Of a stretch of DNA of 64,000 nucleotides, positions 10,401 to 21,674 are shown piece after piece. The DNA lies in contig CAVTRY010000015.1 in assembly GCA_963737265.1 (NCBI GenBank), positions 117,935 through 181,934 of the forward strand, given 5' to 3'. The translations under genes were made by a program, and so were the position numbers. How positions within the stretch are numbered: the first letter of the stretch is position 1; each line of letters opens with the position of its first letter. The DNA is from an uncultured delta proteobacterium (GTDB lineage: Bacteria > Myxococcota_A > Polyangia > Fen-1088). A model generated the notes under the pieces. That model was not told the DNA's origin and did no database searches. It worked only from the letters and a program-made list of their open reading frames with translations.

Positions 10401-12898
10401 CCGAGCCAGTGGCGAAGATCGTCCGGGCGCGACTGGCGCTTGCACAGCGACGCTAGACAATCGATGATCTCGATGTCATGGGGACGCTCGGCGTGCAACG
10501 CCCGATAGCGCGCTTCGGCGAGGGCGAGATCGCCCTGGCGCTCCGCGGCCTGAGCCAAGAAACGCTTGATTCGCTGCCGATCTTCGCCCTCGGGCAACGC
10601 CGATTCCCTGCCGGCTAGCAGCGTGAGCAGGCGCTCCTCGTGGCCGAGCTCGCGCAAGGCTTCGATCAGCACCACCACCCGCGCGCCCTCGGGTTCGGAT
10701 TGCAGACCCTTTTCCAAGTGCTGGCGAGCCGTGCCGCTATTGTCATCGACGCCATCGGCGACCGACAGCTGCGCCAGTCGGAGATGGGCTTCGGCCACCT
10801 TGGGCCACGCCAAGACCGATGTGTCGGCGATTCTTCGGTAACTCGTGGCGGCGCTCTTGCGGTCGCCCGCATCCCAGGTCAGGCGCGCGGAATAGAAGAT
10901 GGCTTCGTCGTCGTCGGGAGAGAGCTCGAGCAGAACCCGAAACGCCTCCTTGGCCTCGGCCGGCTGGTTGGTCCTTTCGACCAGCAGGCGACCGAGGGCG
11001 CGCAAGACCCCCTTACCATCGTCCGGACGGAGCATGCTCAAGTGTTGCCGTAGCATGGCGGTGACCGGCGTCCAGTCGCCAGTCGTGTGGCCCAGATTTT
11101 CGAGCGCCGACAGCACGGCCGGCAGCGTAGTCTGATCGGCGCGCGACAGCTCGAGCGCTCGATCGAGCAGGGCGGCCGCGCCGTCCGCCGAGCGCAAATC
11201 GCGTAAGGTCATCGCCGCGGCGTCGAGCAGGTGCCTGACCCTTTCGGTCGCCCCCTCGGGGTTGCGCGTGTCGCCGGCCCATCCCGCCAGTGCCTGGGCC
11301 ACGCCCGCGCGATCCTGCCGGCGTGACAGCAAGTCCACCAACGCTCGCCAAGCCGCACCAACGATGGCCCCGGGTGCATCTCCTTCGATGCTGGTCGCGA
11401 ACCAGTGCGACGCCGCCTGGTCATCACCCAAGCTCAGGCGCACGAGCCCCAGATGGTAGGCGGCCTCGCCACGCGATAAGGATGCGTCCGGCCACTCTGC
11501 ACGCAAAAGAATCGACTCAAGAGCGTCCGCTGCCTGGGCGACCAGCGCCGTGTCCTTGCAAAGCTCACCCTGGCGGGCGAGCTCCATCGCCTGCGCCACT
11601 TCGTCGCGCACGTCGGGCTCGGAGGTGCGCGACTCCTCACCGATCGCACGTGCGAGCTCGCCCCAACGCCCTTCCGTCGCCTTTTTCATGATTTTGGCGC
11701 GTGCCAACGGACGCAGCGCTGGGCGATAGAGGAGCGAGTGTTCGAGGGTGGCAAGGGCTTGCTCGGGTTGGCCGGCGCCGGCCCACTGACGAGCAGCCGC
11801 CAGGAGCGCGCAGCTTTCATCCTCGCCCCGTCCTTTTGCGGCGGAGAGCTGCGCGACCCTCTCAAACAGCTCGGCCGCCTCGTCGGCCTGACCCCGCTCG
11901 GCCGCCACGACGGCGAGTGCGAGCAAGCCGGGAACGAAGTCGGACCAGCGCGTGAGCGCGGCCTGGGCCAGCTCACCCGCCTCGGTCAACGTGGCTGAGC
12001 CGCCGAGAAGAAGTTGAAGCAAGCGCGTAGTGGCGACGCGATCGTCGCTGTTGAGCGGAGCAAAGGCGCGCAACTGCGCCACAGCCGAGGCGACATCGCC
12101 TCTGGCGAGCGCGCCTTCCATGGGGGCACAGCGGATGGTGAATTCACGAAACTCGTACGTCTCGGGATTGTCATCCAAGAGCGGATCCGCTGGCGTGGGT
12201 GCATCCGCGAGCGAAAATACGAGAGGCACGCGCGTAGCGTGGGCGGCCCCGCCCGCCACACGAACTTGCACCTGGCCACGCTCGGGCAACCGCCAGCCGT
12301 GCATCGGCAGGATGGCCAGCATCACCAGATCGCACACCTCCAGGCGGACGTCCGCCGCACCGCGAATGTGCAGCAGGGGCGGCAGGGCGTCGGGCGCACG
12401 GTCGAGACGGGCGGGCGATTCGGCGCCGAGAGCGGAGAAAAGCGCCATCACCACCAGCGGCGCGGGCAGCGGCAGAAAACCATACGCGCACACATCGTAC
12501 ACACAGAGCGAGGCGCCGCGCGGGGGAAGGGCGGTAAGCGCGGCCAGCGCCGTCATCTCCACCTCGCGGCCGCCAAGCACCACGCGGGCGCAAAGGGTAA
12601 GGCGCGTTCCCTCGATGGTCACGCGCGGATCGAAGATGCCAAAATCTCCGAGCGGCGCGCGTGCCAGGAATCCCGTCATTTCCGCCGCGCCGATAGAGAG
12701 CGACAGCTCGCGCAGACGTAGGCGCCGGTTCTTGAAGCGCGCCACCCCGCCCGACATGTCGAAGGGAAAGTGCAGATTCGGGATCTCGAGCTCCAGCCGA
12801 TCGACCCGGCCCAGGTTTTCGAAGTCCCGGCCCGCGAGGCTCAGCAGTCCTCTCCCTTGTACGAACGTCAGACGAAACGCGCCTTCAGTCTCGGCCAT
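7469..12898 (-). CDS. Large myxobacterial tetratricopeptide-repeat protein (1809 aa)
   Basis: Many TPR-like units (A...Y..AL.LDP) and a C-terminal RYTADRVGLLACG motif typical of myxobacterial giant TPR proteins. Confidence 0.8.
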   Translation of the reverse strand: MAETEGAFRLTFVQGRGLLSLAGRDFENLGRVDRLELEIPNLHFPFDMSGGVARFKNRRLRLRELSLSIGAAEMTGFLARAPLGDFGIFDPRVTIEGTRLTLCARVVLGGREVEMTALAALTALPPRGASLCVYDVCAYGFLPLPAPLVVMALFSALGAESPARLDRAPDALPPLLHIRGAADVRLEVCDLVMLAILPMHGWRLPERGQVQVRVAGGAAHATRVPLVFSLADAPTPADPLLDDNPETYEFREFTIRCAPMEGALARGDVASAVAQLRAFAPLNSDDRVATTRLLQLLLGGSATLTEAGELAQAALTRWSDFVPGLLALAVVAAERGQADEAAELFERVAQLSAAKGRGEDESCALLAAARQWAGAGQPEQALATLEHSLLYRPALRPLARAKIMKKATEGRWGELARAIGEESRTSEPDVRDEVAQAMELARQGELCKDTALVAQAADALESILLRAEWPDASLSRGEAAYHLGLVRLSLGDDQAASHWFATSIEGDAPGAIVGAAWRALVDLLSRRQDRAGVAQALAGWAGDTRNPEGATERVRHLLDAAAMTLRDLRSADGAAALLDRALELSRADQTTLPAVLSALENLGHTTGDWTPVTAMLRQHLSMLRPDDGKGVLRALGRLLVERTNQPAEAKEAFRVLLELSPDDDEAIFYSARLTWDAGDRKSAATSYRRIADTSVLAWPKVAEAHLRLAQLSVADGVDDNSGTARQHLEKGLQSEPEGARVVVLIEALRELGHEERLLTLLAGRESALPEGEDRQRIKRFLAQAAERQGDLALAEARYRALHAERPHDIEIIDCLASLCKRQSRPDDLRHWLGKLWAAVESQDPSARPIDRVAVGSDLATLLARDPAGKSGAESILRRLAEIAPLAPTAPAVLDALHALLVERNAFDEASKVFAERLAVTPEQGISALLLARSRLCLAQPQGLRPALSLLQAIAGDKLDEDVLTLRADLAERAGDVADALACLGHQRLRAADEDQSGLTRRLVDLASQTETATEVAISALEKLRAEVPDNLLVAKALFDAYGRLDDLAARNRAWRDLLAKAPTLPDLYRARLQVALAEAAESAGDLHNAEQRLVAAAALDRSPDSRVAWLVAHVRLLVARGEIAEAEAELEEALGLNPDSAGALALVGELAYRSQEWDKARTTYNRLAAVPGAAAVVSAETLASRRAELAEMFGDHSEAEAAYREAVALDPHNEGAREALAGFALARGDFAEAALHLQEAMRHLPKESVEGLTLARQRLGQVYLGLGDLPAARQNLELALASDPDRASTLELTITTYQRLGLHKEAAATCERLSRILGDPARKAEALFRKGEILRATLADTEGAHDAYLRASDLDPSSAPTLARLVSYHWAKAELANLADVGADLVHAAPVPKVDQEDMGLLVAMAALLARNDEALAKTALESPLLGFPLRPDLAAIRLGELIARVDRGALHSLDAAMKCVLASAPPDFELELRGAALRGVLNDPGDAGQAMVLARILDRRGQVSLARAAYSLAHFIDPGIGADGRLAALGEETAPRAQAFAPGIAVHPLCHGPLRKVLQDLAPAFANVGEPAVAPAPGAELRPETIALCENLRAKLAVPPIPFVAHGEGADVTFAATQPLCIRIGRQAEALPAADLRFFTARALEQARAGTLAVLRMSQRNLRGMLRAVLRVAGAPGAPFEIDEESAEQATALWTERLRKPEIAALIPLDKAKDELIENASRALANPPELDNYIRGCRYTADRVGLLACGRPLAALRALAGLLKVDSPVSGEEATLARRQEQLRASPALCELVAFMLSEEYWSLVEGA

Positions 12899-12901
12899 GG
12901 T

Positions 12902-13567
12902 CTATCTCGGCTGATTGTAAAACGTCCGCGCTCGGCGACCAGCGAAGTATGCCAGCAGGATCAAACTGAAGACCGCGCCGAGAGCGCTGATCATGAGGGG
13001 AACATCGAGAAGGAACAAGCGCGCCTGTTCGGCCACGGACTCCAGCGGAAGCACGGCACGTCCGGCGCGCGCGGCATCTTGCACGAGCTCTTGGGACAAG
13101 CCGGGCAAGATCCACGGTAGGCTCGGGCGCACCACCAGGACCAAGAACAAGGCGTTGCCTGCGCTCACAGCGATGCCGACCCAGCCCGCCAGAAGGGAAG
13201 CTCGACGTCCGCGCGGATCGCGAGAAGACACGGCGGCGACCGCAAACAGGTACACCAGCCCAAGCCCGAGTCTAGCCAGCGAATGAGCTAGAAGGGGCGC
13301 AGGCCGATACCGGGAAAGCGCGTTGGCAAGCACCACCTGGCCGCGCAGCAGGGCTTCTTGCTGAGCGTCCAGGCCTCCGTCGAGACTCAGCACCTCCGGC
13401 TGCCCCGTGACCAGCCTGCGCAGGTCGGTCACGCTGCTGAAGAACATGCGCCCGCCAGCGAGCAACATCAGCAGGGTGAGAAAGGTCATCCAGCGCGGTC
13501 GGCGCGGCCTGCCCTCGGCAAACAATCGACGATCCGGCCCTTTCCGCCCGTCACGGCCGCCGGTCAT
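12902..13567 (-). CDS. Hypothetical integral membrane protein
   Basis: About four hydrophobic segments; co-oriented and tightly spaced between ppiD and the TPR gene. Confidence 0.7.
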   Translation of the reverse strand: MTGGRDGRKGPDRRLFAEGRPRRPRWMTFLTLLMLLAGGRMFFSSVTDLRRLVTGQPEVLSLDGGLDAQQEALLRGQVVLANALSRYRPAPLLAHSLARLGLGLVYLFAVAAVSSRDPRGRRASLLAGWVGIAVSAGNALFLVLVVRPSLPWILPGLSQELVQDAARAGRAVLPLESVAEQARLFLLDVPLMISALGAVFSLILLAYFAGRRARTFYNQPR

Positions 13568-13626
13568 GATGGACTAACCGCGTGGGACGCCCGCCGGCCC
13601 TCGGACCACCGCACGCCCTGCCCATC

Positions 13627-15276
13627 TTAGAACAGCGGCGGCGAGCAGGGTTCGTACGAAATCACACCCTCGGGTCCACCCTCGTAGCGGAGCAGGTCCG
13701 GGTTGACTGCGATTTGCTTGGCATCGCGCGCCTCGCGGCACCGGCGCAACGCCCACTCCATGACGACGGCGCCGCCTTTGCGGCGTGCGGCCTCTTCCAC
13801 AAAGCCGACCCGGTTCTTCTCGAACTCGGCCAGGTCGGGTTGCTTGCGTTCCTTGAGCTTGACCACGATGAAACTTCCCAGCTCTTCCACGGGCCCAGCG
13901 ACGGGCGCGTCGGTCGTCAGCGCGAAGATGGCCTTGGCCAGCGTCGGCGCCTGACCGATCGTCGCCACGGTGGAACCGCGACGCGAGAACAGGCCAGTCG
14001 TCTCGGCCTGAACCGTCTTGGCCTTGGCGGCAGCGTCGTCGCTTTCGGCGGGCGCGGGGAACAGCTCTTTGAGCTCCTTGTCCGGTGCCGCCTTGATCTT
14101 GGCCAATGCTGCCTCGGCGTCCGCCTTGGCGCGCGCCTTGCTTTTTTCCTCGCGCAGCTTGCTTTCCGCCAGCTCCAACTTGGCGTCGTCGAAGGCAATA
14201 TTCCCTTCGCGACTCGCCTCGGCCACCACCAGGAAATAGCCGCTGGCGGTCTTGATCGGGCCCACCAACTCGCCGTCTTTGGCCACGGCGACCTTGGCGT
14301 CCAGCGCTGGATCGAGGGTGGTCCCTCCCACCCGCTGCCATCCTAGATCTCCACCGCGCGGCTTGGTGCGATCGTCGTCGGAAGCAGCCTTGGCCACCTT
14401 GGCGAACGGCTCACCCTTGCGAATGCGCGCGGCCAGATCGTCCGCCTTCTTCTTGGCCGCGGTCTCGTCCGCGGGCGTGGGTTCGGACTTAACCTTCACG
14501 AGAAGCTGGCGAAGGTGGCGCTGTTTCGGCTGCTTCTCGTAAAGCGCCGCCTTGCGCTCGTCGTACAGCTTCTTGAGCGAGTCTTGATTGGCAGCCGCGA
14601 ACTTGGCGATCTCGTCCGGGCGCAGCTCGAACTCGGATTCGTAGCGGTGGGTGGGGAAGCGCAGGTATTCCACGTCCACTTGGTCGGCTTGCCTGGTCCA
14701 GTCTTCCTTGACCTCGGCGGCCGACACCGCCACTCCAGCGCGAAGTGCGTCGCGCATGCGGTTGGCCAGCAACTCGCGCCGCTGCTCGTCGATGAAACCC
14801 CGCGGGGTCATGCCCATTTGGTACTGCACGAACTTGCGGAAATTCTCGTAGGAGAACTTTCCGTCCTGCTCGAAGGCGCCGGCCTTCTGTTCACGCCCGA
14901 GTCCGATGATCTTGCCCTCGGCGATGAAGTCTTCCACTTCCTCGTCGCTGACGCGGAATCCGGCTCGTTCGGCCTCGCTGGCCAGGATCTCGCGATCGAT
15001 CAGCATGTCCATCACGGCCTCATGCACGCGCATCATCTTCGCCCGCTGGGGCGGAAAATTCTGGGCGCCGACCATCATCAGTCCGTACATGTAATCCTGC
15101 CGGGAGAGCAGATGGCCCTTCACCTTCGCACCCTCCACGGTCGACCGGGCCTCGCGACCGCGGTTGCAGCCACCCGGCGACTGCGGGCCGAAGTTGATGA
15201 TGAAGACCGCGATTACGATGCCGAACAGCACGTAGATGAGGAGCGACCGTGACTGTTGACGCATCTGCTCGAGCAT
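13627..15276 (-). CDS. ppiD: Membrane-anchored SurA-N/parvulin peptidyl-prolyl isomerase (PpiD-like)
   Basis: MLEQMR plus N-terminal TM helix, SurA-N region, rotamase motif FAKVAKAASDD...GGDLGW...GPIKTASGYF. Confidence 0.8.
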   Translation of the reverse strand: MLEQMRQQSRSLLIYVLFGIVIAVFIINFGPQSPGGCNRGREARSTVEGAKVKGHLLSRQDYMYGLMMVGAQNFPPQRAKMMRVHEAVMDMLIDREILASEAERAGFRVSDEEVEDFIAEGKIIGLGREQKAGAFEQDGKFSYENFRKFVQYQMGMTPRGFIDEQRRELLANRMRDALRAGVAVSAAEVKEDWTRQADQVDVEYLRFPTHRYESEFELRPDEIAKFAAANQDSLKKLYDERKAALYEKQPKQRHLRQLLVKVKSEPTPADETAAKKKADDLAARIRKGEPFAKVAKAASDDDRTKPRGGDLGWQRVGGTTLDPALDAKVAVAKDGELVGPIKTASGYFLVVAEASREGNIAFDDAKLELAESKLREEKSKARAKADAEAALAKIKAAPDKELKELFPAPAESDDAAAKAKTVQAETTGLFSRRGSTVATIGQAPTLAKAIFALTTDAPVAGPVEELGSFIVVKLKERKQPDLAEFEKNRVGFVEEAARRKGGAVVMEWALRRCREARDAKQIAVNPDLLRYEGGPEGVISYEPCSPPLF

Positions 15277-15383
15277 GGAACTAAACCCTCCGTTGGCGTT
15301 TCTCGATAAAAGGTGCGGCAATCTATCACGGACCCGGGAAGAAGCGGAGGGCGGAAAGCCTGAACCCGCGATAGCCGCAGAGG

Positions 15384-15456
15384 GTCGTGGCCGCAGACGC
15401 GGCCGTGGTCGTGGCCGGAGAGATCAGTCGTCCACGTCCACGTCCACGCAGACACA
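15384..15456. repeat. Short GTGGNC/GTCCAC hexamer repeats forming an imperfect hairpin
   Basis: gtcgtggcc...gtggtcgtggcc followed by (gtccac)x3 in the divergent ppiD-mreB intergenic region. Confidence 0.4.
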
Positions 15457-15554
15457 GCGATTCTTCACCCTTGCCATCATTATTAGATTCTCGGACCACA
15501 TCGGGCGTAGCGGTTCACCCGCGGGTGTGATATCAAGGGCTGCTTGCCTCGTAA

Positions 15555-16622
<1,068 letters not shown>

Positions 16623-16661
16623 CGGTGGCTTGAGCAGGGCGAAAATCGTTCGTCTCGAAGG

Positions 16662-17564
16662 ATGTTTCCCACCGGCCACAGGCAGAAGGTCCGCGAAGTC
16701 GTGATCGTCACGACGGCCTTCGTGTTGTCGCTGTTCTTGCTCCGGCAAAGCGCTCGTTCGCCGGAGTATTTGTCGCCGCTCGACCGCGGAATTCTCACCC
16801 TGGTCTCGCCCATCCAATCGGCCTTCGCCACCCTGGCACGCAGCATCGGCCACGCCGCTGGTCGCTACGTCGACTTGGTGCACGTACGCGCCGAAAACGA
16901 AGCCCTGCGCGACACCAACGGCCGCCTGCGGGCCGAGCTGCTCGAGGCCAAACGTGGCGCGGCCGAGAGCGTCCGTTTCCAGCGCCTGCTGGGTCTGCGC
17001 AACGCCGTTGCCGCCGACACCCTGGTTGCGCGCGTGATCTCCATCGACGTCTCGCCCTATTTTCGCGTGGCCCGCATCCAGCTGGACCGTGGCGAAGGCC
17101 TGGTTCAGCGCGGGATGCCGGTGATTACGCCCGAGGGTGTCGTGGGTCGCATCAACCGCAGCTCAGGCGAGACCTCGGACATCATGCTGTCTGTCGATCC
17201 ACGCTCCGCCATCGACGTCGTTCTTCCGCGTACCGGCGGTCGCGGCATCCTCAAGGGCAAGCCGGGCGAAAACGGATATCGCTGCGCCATCGAATACCTC
17301 ATGCAAGGCGAACAGGCCAAGGAAGGCGATCTCGTCGTCACGAGCGGGCTCGGCGGTTTTCCGCGCGACCTGCCAGTCGGCAAGATTAGCAAGATCGTCA
17401 AGAACTCCGCTGGGCTCAACCAGGAGATCGAAATCACGCCCGACGTGGACTTCGCGCGCCTGTCCGAGGTGCTGGTGGTCGTGGCCCCTGCTCCACCTGC
17501 CGATCCCGAGGCCGGCCCCAAGAAGCCCCTGGCACCCGCGCACGGACTGGCGGTGTATCGCTAA
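16662..17564 (+). CDS. mreC: Rod shape-determining protein MreC
   Basis: N-terminal TM, coiled coil, GVVGRI, GDLVVTSGLGG.FP; operon position. Confidence 0.95.
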   Translation: MFPTGHRQKVREVVIVTTAFVLSLFLLRQSARSPEYLSPLDRGILTLVSPIQSAFATLARSIGHAAGRYVDLVHVRAENEALRDTNGRLRAELLEAKRGAAESVRFQRLLGLRNAVAADTLVARVISIDVSPYFRVARIQLDRGEGLVQRGMPVITPEGVVGRINRSSGETSDIMLSVDPRSAIDVVLPRTGGRGILKGKPGENGYRCAIEYLMQGEQAKEGDLVVTSGLGGFPRDLPVGKISKIVKNSAGLNQEIEITPDVDFARLSEVLVVVAPAPPADPEAGPKKPLAPAHGLAVYR

Positions 17565-18118
17565 TGCGCTCGGCAGTGACCATCGCCGTCGGCCTTCTCC
17601 TTCTGCTCTTGCAGTCGACGGTCATGGAATTCGCCCCCATGCACCTGGTGACGCCGAGCCTCGGGCTGCTGGTCGTGGTCTACGTCGGCATGGCCCCGCT
17701 CAAGTGGTCTCCTGGCTCGGCTGTCGTGGTCGGCTTCGGCATGGGCTATCTCTTCGATCTCGTCTCCGGCGCGCCTCGTGGCGTGCACGCCTTCGTGTTC
17801 GTCACCATCGCGCTCATCGCCCGCGTGCTGGCCTGGCGCTTGGCGGTGCGTGGCATCGTGCTCAAGGCAGCCACGGCGTTCGTGGCCAGCATGATCACAG
17901 CGTTTCTCATTGTCGTGGTGCGCGCCCAGATCAGCCCGGAGAGCGGCTACGGTGGACTTCGCCAGGCACCGCTCGAAGCGTTGCTGACCGCGGCCTTCGG
18001 ACCGCCCGTGCTGTGGCTGCTGGCTCGCCTCGATGGGCGTCTCGATCCGGCGCTGTTGCGGGTCGGCCTCGCTCGCCGCCGCGCCCGCGCCCTCGGCCAG
18101 GACAGGCCGCGTCTCTAG
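17564..18118 (+). CDS. mreD: Rod shape-determining protein MreD
   Basis: Polytopic hydrophobic protein with GYLFDLVSGAP; TAATG coupling after mreC. Confidence 0.9.
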   Translation: MRSAVTIAVGLLLLLLQSTVMEFAPMHLVTPSLGLLVVVYVGMAPLKWSPGSAVVVGFGMGYLFDLVSGAPRGVHAFVFVTIALIARVLAWRLAVRGIVLKAATAFVASMITAFLIVVVRAQISPESGYGGLRQAPLEALLTAAFGPPVLWLLARLDGRLDPALLRVGLARRRARALGQDRPRL

Positions 18119-18130
18119 GCTTTCTCGCCA

Positions 18131-20141
18131 ATGGATATCGCAGGGCAGGACGCAGAACTTCCTGAAATACGGCATCGCAGCCAGGTGCTGTCGCTCGTCG
18201 TGACCTTGGTATTCCTGGCCCTTGGCGCGCGCCTGTTCTATTTGCAGGTGGTCGAGGGCGACAACTTCTATCGGATGACGGCGGAGAACATCATCCGCAC
18301 CGTTGCCCTGCCGGCGACCCGCGGCCAGATCCGCGATCGCAAGGGCCGCGTGCTGGCCACCATGATTCCGTCCTACGACATCGAGATACTGCCGTCGCAA
18401 GTCACGCGCGAGTCGTACGACCACCTGCGCGCCCTCCTCGGCACCGAGGTTGAACGTCTGCCCACCTGGGATGCCGTCCAGACCGAAGCCACCCAGGGCA
18501 AGGACCGCACCTTGGTGGCGGCCGAGAACGTCAGCCGCGACGTCATGGCGCAACTTGAGACCGCGCTCGACAAGCCGGGCATTCGTGTGGTGGCCGTGCA
18601 GCGGCGCCACTACCCCTACGGCGCCCTGGCGGCGCACGCCATCGGCTATCTCAACGAGGTGTCGGCGGAAGAGCTCAAGACTCGCAAGGACGAAGGCTAC
18701 CAGGCGGGCGATTCCATCGGGCGCACCGGCATCGAGCGGCAGTGGGAGCCCTACCTGCGCGGCCACAAGGGATTCGAAAAGGTCGTGGTCAACCGGCGAG
18801 GTTTGCGCCGCACCGACGTGCGCATTGCCGACCTGGTCACCGACGGGCCGGTCAGCCAATCGCCGTCGCCGGGCAACAACGTGATTCTCACCATCGATCT
18901 CGATCTGCAGCGCATCGTCGAGCGTGCCCTGCGCGGCGTGCGCTCGGCGGCGGCTGTGGTAGTGGATTTGGAAACCGGGCGCATTCTCGCCATCGCGTCC
19001 AAGCCCGCCTTCGACCCCAACATGATGTCGAGCGGACTTTCGCCCGAGAGCGTCTCGCGCGTCTTGAGCGACCGCCTGCGCCCCTTCCGCGACAAGGCGC
19101 TGTCCGATACCTTCAATCCCGGCTCGACCTTCAAGGTCATCACCGCGCTGGCGGGCCTCGAAGAAAAGGTCATCGTCCCCGAGGACAAGGTCAAGTGCAA
19201 CGGTTTCATCCAAGTGGGCCGGCGCCGCTTCCGCTGCACCAAAGCGCACAAGGTCGTGAATCTGTACGACGCCATCGTGCAGAGTTGCAACGTGTTCTTC
19301 TACGACTTGGGCGGCCGCCCGGGCATGATGAATCGCATGGCCAAGTACGCCGCGGATTTCGGGCTGGGCGCCCCCACCGGGCTCGGCCTCAACGGCGAGC
19401 AGGCGGGCTTCATTCCCACCGAGGAATGGCACCGCGCCCAGGCGACGCCCGACGGGAAGAACGAAGGCTTCGTGGTCGGACACGCGCTCAACACCGCCAT
19501 CGGCGAAGGCGCTACGCGCGCCACTGTGTTGCAGATGGCGATGCTGTACGCGACCATCGCCGCCGACGGCAAGCTGTGGCTGCCCCAGATTGTTGAACGG
19601 GTCGAATCGCCCACCGGGCAAGTCATCGAGGAGTTTCCCCCGCGCGTGCGCCGCGAGGTCTCGGTGTCACCGGAATCGCTGGCGTTCTTGCGCCGGGCGC
19701 TCTACGGCGTGGTCTTCGAATCCAAGGGCACGGCCTACAAGGCCCGCGGGCGCCATATCGAAATCGCGGGCAAGACCGGCACCGCGCAGGTCTTCCAGGG
19801 CGGCCGCCGCGGCGGCGACGAGCCGCCGCTGCCTTACGAGCGCGTGGACCACGCTTGGTTCGCCGGCTTCGCCCCCGCGGCCAAGCCCCGCATCGCCTTC
19901 GCCGTCCTGGTCGAACACGGCGGTCACGGCGGATTCGGTCGCCGCGCCCGTCGCGGTGGAAATCGTCGAGAGCTACTTCGACACCGTGGTCCCGCCAAGC
20001 GAGCGCAATCCACCGCACCTGGTCCGGCGGGGCGAGCGCCGCCTGAGCGCCACGGCGGACAAGCCCCCGGCCGAAGCGTCCGCGACGAAAACCGAAGCCG
20101 CGGCTGCCGTCCCCACAACCGGCGTGGGTGGGAGCGAGTAA
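18131..20141 (+). CDS. mrdA: Penicillin-binding protein 2, with an apparent +1 frameshift near 19934
   Basis: RGQIRDRKG, PGSTFK (SxxK), SCN, KTGT motifs. The expected GGSVAAPVA continues in a second frame ending at TAA 20139-20141. Confidence 0.92.
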
Positions 20142-21241
20142 TGGCCCGGGTCGTTTCGTGGCGCAAATTGAGATTCCGCTTCGACTGGACCCTGTCCGTC
20201 GCGGCTGCGGTGTGTATTGCGCTCGGCTTGCTCAACCTGTGGAGCGCCGTGCGCGAGCGCCAGTTTCACCTGTTCGCGCAACAGCTGTCGTGGCTGGCTG
20301 GCGGCGCGCTTCTCTTCTTGGCCGTCGCCAGCTTCGATTACCGCATCATCTCGCGCATTGGCTATATCTTGTACGGCTTCGGCATTGTGTTGCTGGTGGC
20401 GGTGCTCGTGCACGGCAAGGTGGTGAGCGGCTCCCGTCGCTGGTTCGACCTCGGCGCATTTCACCTTCAGCCGTCCGAATTGATGAAGGTACTGACCATC
20501 ATTGCGCTTGCCAAGTACATCCACGACACCCCGGCGCTCGATGGCCGCACTTTGCGCCACATCCTCGTGCCACTCTTTCTCGCCGGCCTGCCCGTGCTTC
20601 TCATCGCCGCGCAGCCCGACCTCGGCACGGCGCTTATCATCGGACTCATCTCGGCCACCGTGGTCCTCATCGCGCGCCTGCGCATGAAAACCCTGGGTGG
20701 CATCATCGTCGCCGGTGCGCTAGCCCTGGCTCCCTTGTGGGAATACGCGCTTCACGATTACCAGCGCAACCGCGTGCTGGCCTTCATCAATCCCGCCCTC
20801 GATCCCGCCACCGCCTGGCAACCGCGCCAGGCCATGAACGCCGTCGGCTCGGGTCGCTTCATCGGCAAGGGCTTCTTGCAAGGCACCCAGATCCGTCTGC
20901 GTTCATTGCCCGCCTTGTGGACCGATTTCCCCTTTGCCGTGTGGGCCGAGGAATGGGGCTTCATCGGCTGCGCCGCCGTTCTGATTGCCTACGCGCTCCT
21001 TGCACTTTGGGTATTGAAGATCGGCCGTGAGGCGCGCGACCGCTTCGGCATCACCGTGTGCGTGGGTGTGGCTTCCATGCTGTTCTGGCAGGTGGCCGTC
21101 AACATCGGCATGGTGACTGGCCTTTTGCCCGTGGTCGGCGTGACCCTGCCGTTGTTTAGTTATGGCGGTTCGAGCGCGCTAACGGTCATGCTGGCGCTTG
21201 GCCTCGTGATGAACGTCTCGGTACGGCGATTCGCGTATTGA
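20141..21241 (+). CDS. rodA: Peptidoglycan glycosyltransferase RodA (SEDS)
   Basis: RRWF, LQPSE, QPDLGTA, TDFPFAVWAEEWG, LPLFSYGGSS; ATG overlaps the mrdA TAA. Confidence 0.95.
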   Translation: MARVVSWRKLRFRFDWTLSVAAAVCIALGLLNLWSAVRERQFHLFAQQLSWLAGGALLFLAVASFDYRIISRIGYILYGFGIVLLVAVLVHGKVVSGSRRWFDLGAFHLQPSELMKVLTIIALAKYIHDTPALDGRTLRHILVPLFLAGLPVLLIAAQPDLGTALIIGLISATVVLIARLRMKTLGGIIVAGALALAPLWEYALHDYQRNRVLAFINPALDPATAWQPRQAMNAVGSGRFIGKGFLQGTQIRLRSLPALWTDFPFAVWAEEWGFIGCAAVLIAYALLALWVLKIGREARDRFGITVCVGVASMLFWQVAVNIGMVTGLLPVVGVTLPLFSYGGSSALTVMLALGLVMNVSVRRFAY

Positions 21242-21441
21242 TCGGCTATCGGCCGTCTACCTCCGAGATTCTTCGCGTGGCGCCTTCCCTAAACCCAGCG
21301 CTTCGCCAGCCTCGATGCGCCCAGGCTCGTTGCGCTAGAGCCTCTCCGAGTATCGCAAGATCCCGCTTGTTTCGCCTACGCGTCGCAGGAGGCACCCGGT
21401 CCACCAGCTAGCTAGGGCACACGACCTTGCGCATCCCGTGC
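20772..21441 (+). repeat. Copy 1 of a 670-bp direct repeat (rodA 3' end plus about 200 bp downstream)
   Basis: Colinear with 29298-29967 at constant offset 8526; about 13 substitutions counted by eye, no indels. Confidence 0.95.
21245..21384 (+). mobile_element. Remnant right (oriIS-like) end of an IS91/ISCR-like element
   Basis: CCCGCTTGTTTCGCCTACGCGTC (21362-21384) is 21/23 identical to the terminus downstream of the IS91-like transposase (24411-24433). Confidence 0.55.
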
Positions 21442-21674
21442 GATGATTCTTCATCGGACATTTTGCAGATGCAATTCGGCCATGGCAAAACGGCGTCCGG
21501 AACGGCTATCCTCGCCGTGTGCCTGTGCCATCTCCATCGCAGTGTGAAGATTCGTCACCTAGTGTTGAGCGGTGCGGAGGATTTGAGGAGTATTCCAAGG
21601 CTCGTTGCTGGCCTCTGCCTTGCAGAACGCAGCAGGCGATGTTCGCTCTTGCTCTCTAACCTGGAGGAATCAAA

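Noticed and set aside
20772-21384. rodA fragment copied by simple one-ended IS91 transposition
   Set aside because: The duplication extends about 57 bp beyond the putative oriIS motif, which strict one-ended transposition would not copy.
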